The translations under genes were made by a program, and so were the position numbers. Under the pieces are notes generated by a model. The model was not told the DNA's origin, ran no database searches, and was given only the letters and a program-made list of their open reading frames with translations. Source: an uncultured Gammaproteobacteria bacterium (GTDB lineage: Bacteria; Pseudomonadota; Gammaproteobacteria; Steroidobacterales; JABDMI01). Taken from it: 58,801 nucleotides of DNA. Location of the stretch: positions 1 through 58,801 of the forward strand of contig CAJQOG010000153.1 of assembly GCA_905479875.1 (NCBI GenBank). The letters run 5' to 3'. This document shows positions 55,036 to 58,801 of this stretch, piece by piece. How positions within the stretch are numbered: the stretch's first letter is position 1; each line of letters starts with the position of its first letter.

Positions 55036-56706
55036 ATGACTGAATCTTTTGCTGAACTATTTGAACAAAGCATTGCCAACCAATCGTTTAACAACGGTGA
55101 AATTATTATCGGTAGTGTTGTTGATATCCAAGACGACTTTGTAGTCGTTCATGCGGGCCTAAAATCTGAAGCTGTTATTCCAATTGCACAATTCAAAAAT
55201 GCAGCTGGTGAACTTGAAGTTGCTGTTGGAGACGACGTAGAAGTTGCTCTTGACTCACTTGAAGATGGTTTTGGTGAAACACGTTTGTCACGTGAAAAAG
55301 CTAAACGCGCTCGTACTTGGAAAGTTCTTGAACATGCCTTTGAAAATAGCGAAAAAATCAAAGGTCTTATTACAAGTCGCGTTAAAGGTGGCTTTACGGT
55401 TGATATTGACCATGTACGTGCTTTTTTACCGGGTTCATTGGTAGATGTACGTCCAATTCGCGATCCTTCATATTTAGAAGGTAAAGAACACGAATTTAAA
55501 GTAATCAAACTTGATGAGCGTCGCAACAATGTTGTGGTATCTCGTCGTGCTGTACTTGAGCTTGAAAACTCTGCAGAACGTGATGAATTACTTAAAACTA
55601 TGGAAGAAGGAACTCGCCTTAAAGGTGTGGTTAAAAATCTTACTGACTACGGTTCATTTGTTGACCTTGGTGGTATTGATGGTCTTCTACATATTACGGA
55701 TATGGCATGGAAACGTGTACGTCATCCTTCTGAAATCGTTAGTGTTGGTGATGAAATCGACGTTGTGGTTCTTAAGTTTGATAAAGAGCGTAACCGTGTA
55801 TCACTTGGCATGAAGCAATTAGGTGATGATCCTTGGGCTAACATTACTCGTCGTTATCCACCAAACACACGAATTTTCGGTAAAGTTTCAAACATTACTG
55901 ATTACGGTTGTTTCGTTGAGATTGAAGACGGCGTTGAAGGTCTGGTTCACGTTTCAGAAATGGATTGGACTAATAAGAACGTTAACCCAGCTAAAGTTGT
56001 ACAGCTTGGTGATGAGAAAGAAGTTATGGTTCTTGAGATTGACGAAGATCGTCGTCGTATCTCTTTAGGCATGAAGCAATGTGCTGCGAATCCATGGGAT
56101 GAATTCTCTGGCCAATACGCTAAAGGCGACAAAATAGAAGGTAATATTAAATCTATTACTGAATTCGGTTTATTTGTTGGTCTTCCTGGCAACATTGATG
56201 GCTTGGTTCATATGTCTGACATCTCTTGGGATATTCCTGATGAAGAAGCAGTACGTAACTACAATAAGGGCGACCATGTTGAAGCCGTAATCTTAAGCAT
56301 CGATCCTGAGCGCGAGCGTATTTCTTTAGGTGTTAAGCAGTTAAGCAATGATCCGTTCTCGGGTTACTTAGCAGCAAATCCTAAAGGCTCAATCATCAAA
56401 GGTATTGTTACTGAAGTTGATGCTAAAGCGGCAATGGTTGATTTAGGCGACGGTATTATTGGCCAGCTTAAAGCATCAGATCTTTCTGTTGATCGTGTTG
56501 AAGATGCAAGCAAAGTTCTTAAAGTGGGCGATGAAGTTGAAGCGAAGTTTGTTGGTTTAGACCGCAAGACTCGTATGGTTACATTGTCGGTAAAAGCTAA
56601 AGATCGTCACGATGAAGAAGAAGCAATGCGTGATTATCAATCGGCTTCAACTGGTGGTTCAACTTTAGGTGATCAATTGAAAGACTTGATGACCTCATCT
56701 GATTAA
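55036..56706 (+). CDS. rpsA: 30S ribosomal protein S1
   Basis: Begins [10 protein letters not shown]. It has six S1 repeats (e.g. [27 protein letters not shown]) and is 556 aa. Confidence 0.99.
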   Translation: MTESFAELFEQSIANQSFNNGEIIIGSVVDIQDDFVVVHAGLKSEAVIPIAQFKNAAGELEVAVGDDVEVALDSLEDGFGETRLSREKAKRARTWKVLEHAFENSEKIKGLITSRVKGGFTVDIDHVRAFLPGSLVDVRPIRDPSYLEGKEHEFKVIKLDERRNNVVVSRRAVLELENSAERDELLKTMEEGTRLKGVVKNLTDYGSFVDLGGIDGLLHITDMAWKRVRHPSEIVSVGDEIDVVVLKFDKERNRVSLGMKQLGDDPWANITRRYPPNTRIFGKVSNITDYGCFVEIEDGVEGLVHVSEMDWTNKNVNPAKVVQLGDEKEVMVLEIDEDRRRISLGMKQCAANPWDEFSGQYAKGDKIEGNIKSITEFGLFVGLPGNIDGLVHMSDISWDIPDEEAVRNYNKGDHVEAVILSIDPERERISLGVKQLSNDPFSGYLAANPKGSIIKGIVTEVDAKAAMVDLGDGIIGQLKASDLSVDRVEDASKVLKVGDEVEAKFVGLDRKTRMVTLSVKAKDRHDEEEAMRDYQSASTGGSTLGDQLKDLMTSSD

Positions 56707-56750
56707 TTGCTTATAAAACAATTATTTAGAATCACAACTTAATGTGAATT

Positions 56751-56779
56751 AAACCGACGCTTAGGCGTCGGTTTTTTTA
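56751..56779 (+). terminator. Rho-independent terminator after rpsA
   Basis: aaaccgacgc-ttag-gcgtcggttttttt: an 8-bp GC-rich stem followed by a T-run. Confidence 0.9.
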
Positions 56780-56953
56780 TGCACGACGCAAAGTTATAGG
56801 CTTGGAAAAGCCTATATAGCAATTAATTTAAAAATAAATGCCTAAGTGATTGAAATACAATGCAAAATGATTAATAATGGGTTTTGTTTATTAAATGGAC
56901 AAGGGCTTTAAGTCTTTGAGCCATATAAGAAAATTAAATTTTGAGAATTTAAA

Positions 56954-57256
56954 ATGACTAAAGCCGAATTAATTGAGCGTCTCGCTAAAAAGCAAAAACA
57001 TCTTCCTGTTAAAGATGTTGAGCTTGCGGTAAAACATACTATTGAAATGATGAGTAATTCTTTATCCAATGGAGAGCGAATTGAAATTCGCGGCTTTGGA
57101 AGTTTCTCTTTGCACTTTCGTGCTCCACGTTTAGGTCGAAATCCAAAGACTGGTGATGCCGTTTCATTGTCTGGTAAAAACGTACCGCATTTCAAGCCTG
57201 GTAAGGATTTACGTGAAATGGTTAATGAAGGACGAATCTATCCTATTAAGGACTGA
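56954..57256 (+). CDS. ihfB: Integration host factor subunit beta
   Basis: [10 protein letters not shown]..., [20 protein letters not shown] and VPHFKPGK, the HU/IHF fold signature. It follows rpsA as in enterics and pseudomonads. Confidence 0.96.
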   Translation: MTKAELIERLAKKQKHLPVKDVELAVKHTIEMMSNSLSNGERIEIRGFGSFSLHFRAPRLGRNPKTGDAVSLSGKNVPHFKPGKDLREMVNEGRIYPIKD

Positions 57257-57468
57257 AGATTAAAGAAAACGTAAGTAGAGCTAATAAGTTTCTGCGAGAT
57301 GCATCTAACAAGTACCACTAGACTAAAAATATCCTGAATTCTCAAGAGAACGAAAAGACTATTTTTCAGTCAAACATTGAAATCAATTCAATAGACCTTA
57401 TATACAATTCTAGATTTTTAGTAGAACTATAATCCTATTTACACAACTTTAACAAAAAGGTATTTATC

Positions 57469-57750
57469 ATGGCTAAAGCCACAGCTCGACATATTTTGGT
57501 CGAAACAGAAGAAAAATGTATTGAATTAAAAGCAGAAATCGAAGGTGGTAAAGACTTTGGTGAAGTAGCTATGGCTAACTCTAGCTGTCCATCAGGCCAG
57601 CGTGGCGGTGATCTTGGTGAATTTGGACCGGGTATGATGGTTCCAGAATTTGATAAAGTGGTTTTCTCTGGTGATCTTGGTCAGGTACATGGTCCTGTGC
57701 AGACACAGTTTGGTTATCATTTATTAGAAATTACTAGCCGTACTGACTAA
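57469..57750 (+). CDS. ppiC: Parvulin-type peptidyl-prolyl cis-trans isomerase C
   Basis: 93 aa. ARHILV, CPSGQRGGDLGEF and FGYHLLE motifs. Confidence 0.93.
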   Translation: MAKATARHILVETEEKCIELKAEIEGGKDFGEVAMANSSCPSGQRGGDLGEFGPGMMVPEFDKVVFSGDLGQVHGPVQTQFGYHLLEITSRTD

Positions 57751-57777
57751 TGTAAAGATTAGTTATAAAGAACTTAG

Positions 57778-57805
57778 GCCTCGTAGCACTTACGGGGCTT
57801 TTTTA
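57778..57805 (+). terminator. Rho-independent terminator after ppiC
   Basis: gcctcgta-gcact-tacggggc (8-bp stem with one G-U pair) followed by tttttt. Confidence 0.8.
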
Positions 57806-57880
57806 TGCATGAAATAAATGCTTACTCCAGTACAATGCTATTAACTAGTTATAAGCAGAATTAAACTGCGGAGTTTTAAA

Positions 57881-58261
57881 ATGTCTCTTGATGAAATTAT
57901 TGCATCACCATTTGGAAATCTAGGTGATAACGAAGAACAAGCCTGTGAAAAAGTGCATGCTGTTATGTTAACTGCACTTGATGCACATACTCGTAGCGAC
58001 TATGAGAAATTTTCGTCTCTTTGTACGGATGAGTTTATTGATCAAATTGACGAAGATGAATTCATTGAAACTTGTAATGAGATGAATCCAAATTATGGCC
58101 CATTGGTAAAACTAGAGTATATGGGAAGTTTAGAGAGAGTTGAGCTAGTGCAATTTTTATGGAAGGGAAACTTTCATAATGCAGAAGAGCAAATATTAGT
58201 CACAGCAAGTTTTGCCAAGGCAAAGAATATTCCATTGATTGAGTGGTTGTGGATAGAATAA
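57881..58261 (+). CDS. Hypothetical acidic protein (126 aa), family not recognised
   Basis: ORF preceded by ggag (gcggagttttaaaATG). It has no TM segment or signal peptide, is rich in D/E, and ends 25 nt before the next gene. Confidence 0.5.
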   Translation: MSLDEIIASPFGNLGDNEEQACEKVHAVMLTALDAHTRSDYEKFSSLCTDEFIDQIDEDEFIETCNEMNPNYGPLVKLEYMGSLERVELVQFLWKGNFHNAEEQILVTASFAKAKNIPLIEWLWIE

Positions 58262-58286
58262 TTAAACAGAAGTGAAGGATTTATCA

Positions 58287-58801
58287 ATGGCAAAAGTAGC
58301 AGTTATTTATCATAGTGGTTTTGGACATACAAAGCGTCAAGCAGAAGCCGTAGTGCGCGGCGCTGAAGAAGTTCCTGGTATTGAGGTAGTAATTTATAGC
58401 GTAGCTGAGGCCGGAGAAGATATTGACGTATTTGATGATGCAGATGCCATTATTTTCGGTTGCCCTACTTATATGGGGAATGTTTCAGCGGATATGAAAA
58501 AATTCCAAGAAATTGCCGCCAGTAAATGGTTCAGCATGGATTGGAAGGATAAAATTGCTGGTGCTTTTACTAATTCATCCTCTTTTTCTGGAGATAAGAT
58601 GAATACATTGTCGTCCATAATGATAAATGCTATGCAACATGGCATGATTTATGTAGGTACAGCGATGTTTCCTGCGCCAAATGAAACAGACTCTATGGAA
58701 AACCTAGAAGGGCCTTCAAGTAATGCTCTTAATCGTGTGGGCTCATCAATTGGCCCTGCAGCAAGTAGTTTTCAAGTAAACCCACCACAGGCGCCAGGAG
58801 C
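58287..58801 (+). CDS. Flavodoxin-like fold NAD(P)H:quinone oxidoreductase (WrbA-like), 3'-truncated by the window edge
   Basis: Not in the supplied ORF track because it has no stop. The ATG at 58287 is preceded by gaagga. The translation MAKVAVIYHSGFGHTKRQAEAV...ADAIIFGCPTYMGNVSADMKKF parallels E. coli WrbA (MAKVLVLYYSMYGH...[20 protein letters not shown]). Confidence 0.8.
   Translation, partial: MAKVAVIYHSGFGHTKRQAEAVVRGAEEVPGIEVVIYSVAEAGEDIDVFDDADAIIFGCPTYMGNVSADMKKFQEIAASKWFSMDWKDKIAGAFTNSSSFSGDKMNTLSSIMINAMQHGMIYVGTAMFPAPNETDSMENLEGPSSNALNRVGSSIGPAASSFQVNPPQAPG

Noticed and set aside
1-58801. A search by eye for CRISPR repeats, rRNA/tRNA genes, transposase, integrase or phage genes, toxin-antitoxin or defence cassettes.
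   Set aside because: None were found. All large ORFs are accounted for by housekeeping or conserved hypothetical genes, and no regularly spaced repeats are visible. Small RNAs cannot be excluded without covariance-model scans.

Overview
The window looks like a core chromosomal segment of a low-GC, probably marine, gammaproteobacterium. This is based only on reading the translated ORFs and the DNA by eye; no searches were run.

Gene order closely parallels what I remember of two Pseudomonas-type housekeeping blocks:
- algU-mucA-mucC-lepA-rnc-era-recO-pdxJ
- mtaD-mtnA-gyrA-serC-hisC-aroA-cmk-rpsA-ihfB

Several genes expected in those blocks are absent locally: rseB/mucB, mucD, lepB, nadB, pheA and a tyrA fusion. 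A thrABC operon is inserted, which fits a streamlined genome.

About 57 protein-coding genes are supported, tightly packed and often overlapping by 4-11 nt. Most are housekeeping:
- sdhAB-sdhE-ygfX
- the sigma-E module
- lepA, rnc, era, recO, pdxJ, acpS
- rlmD, nagZ, hpt, an MTA/MTI phosphorylase
- trpS, scpAB, rluB, sseA, rmuC, ubiG, mtaD
- thrABC, mtnA, gyrA, serC, serA, hisC, aroA, cmk, rpsA, ihfB, ppiC

I found no rRNA or tRNA genes, CRISPR arrays, transposases, integrases or phage genes. There is no obvious accessory island.

The most unusual items are protein architectures and small uncharacterised cassettes embedded in the core:
1. A 614-aa protein combining a degenerate receiver domain, a TM segment, TPR-like repeats, a coiled coil and a TonB C-terminal domain. 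It lies next to a 654-bp non-coding gap and a DUF1800/DUF1501 exported pair.
2. A signal-peptide-less CYTH-YkuD (L,D-transpeptidase fold) fusion overlapping nagZ.
3. A YciB-BolA fusion.
4. Two overlapping unknown genes inside a long minus-strand operon.
5. A terminator-like hairpin in the thrA leader.
6. A TrpRS with an insertion and a Cys4 motif.
7. A reduced sigma-E module with a recognisable sigma-E-type promoter.

All family calls need HMM or BLAST confirmation.
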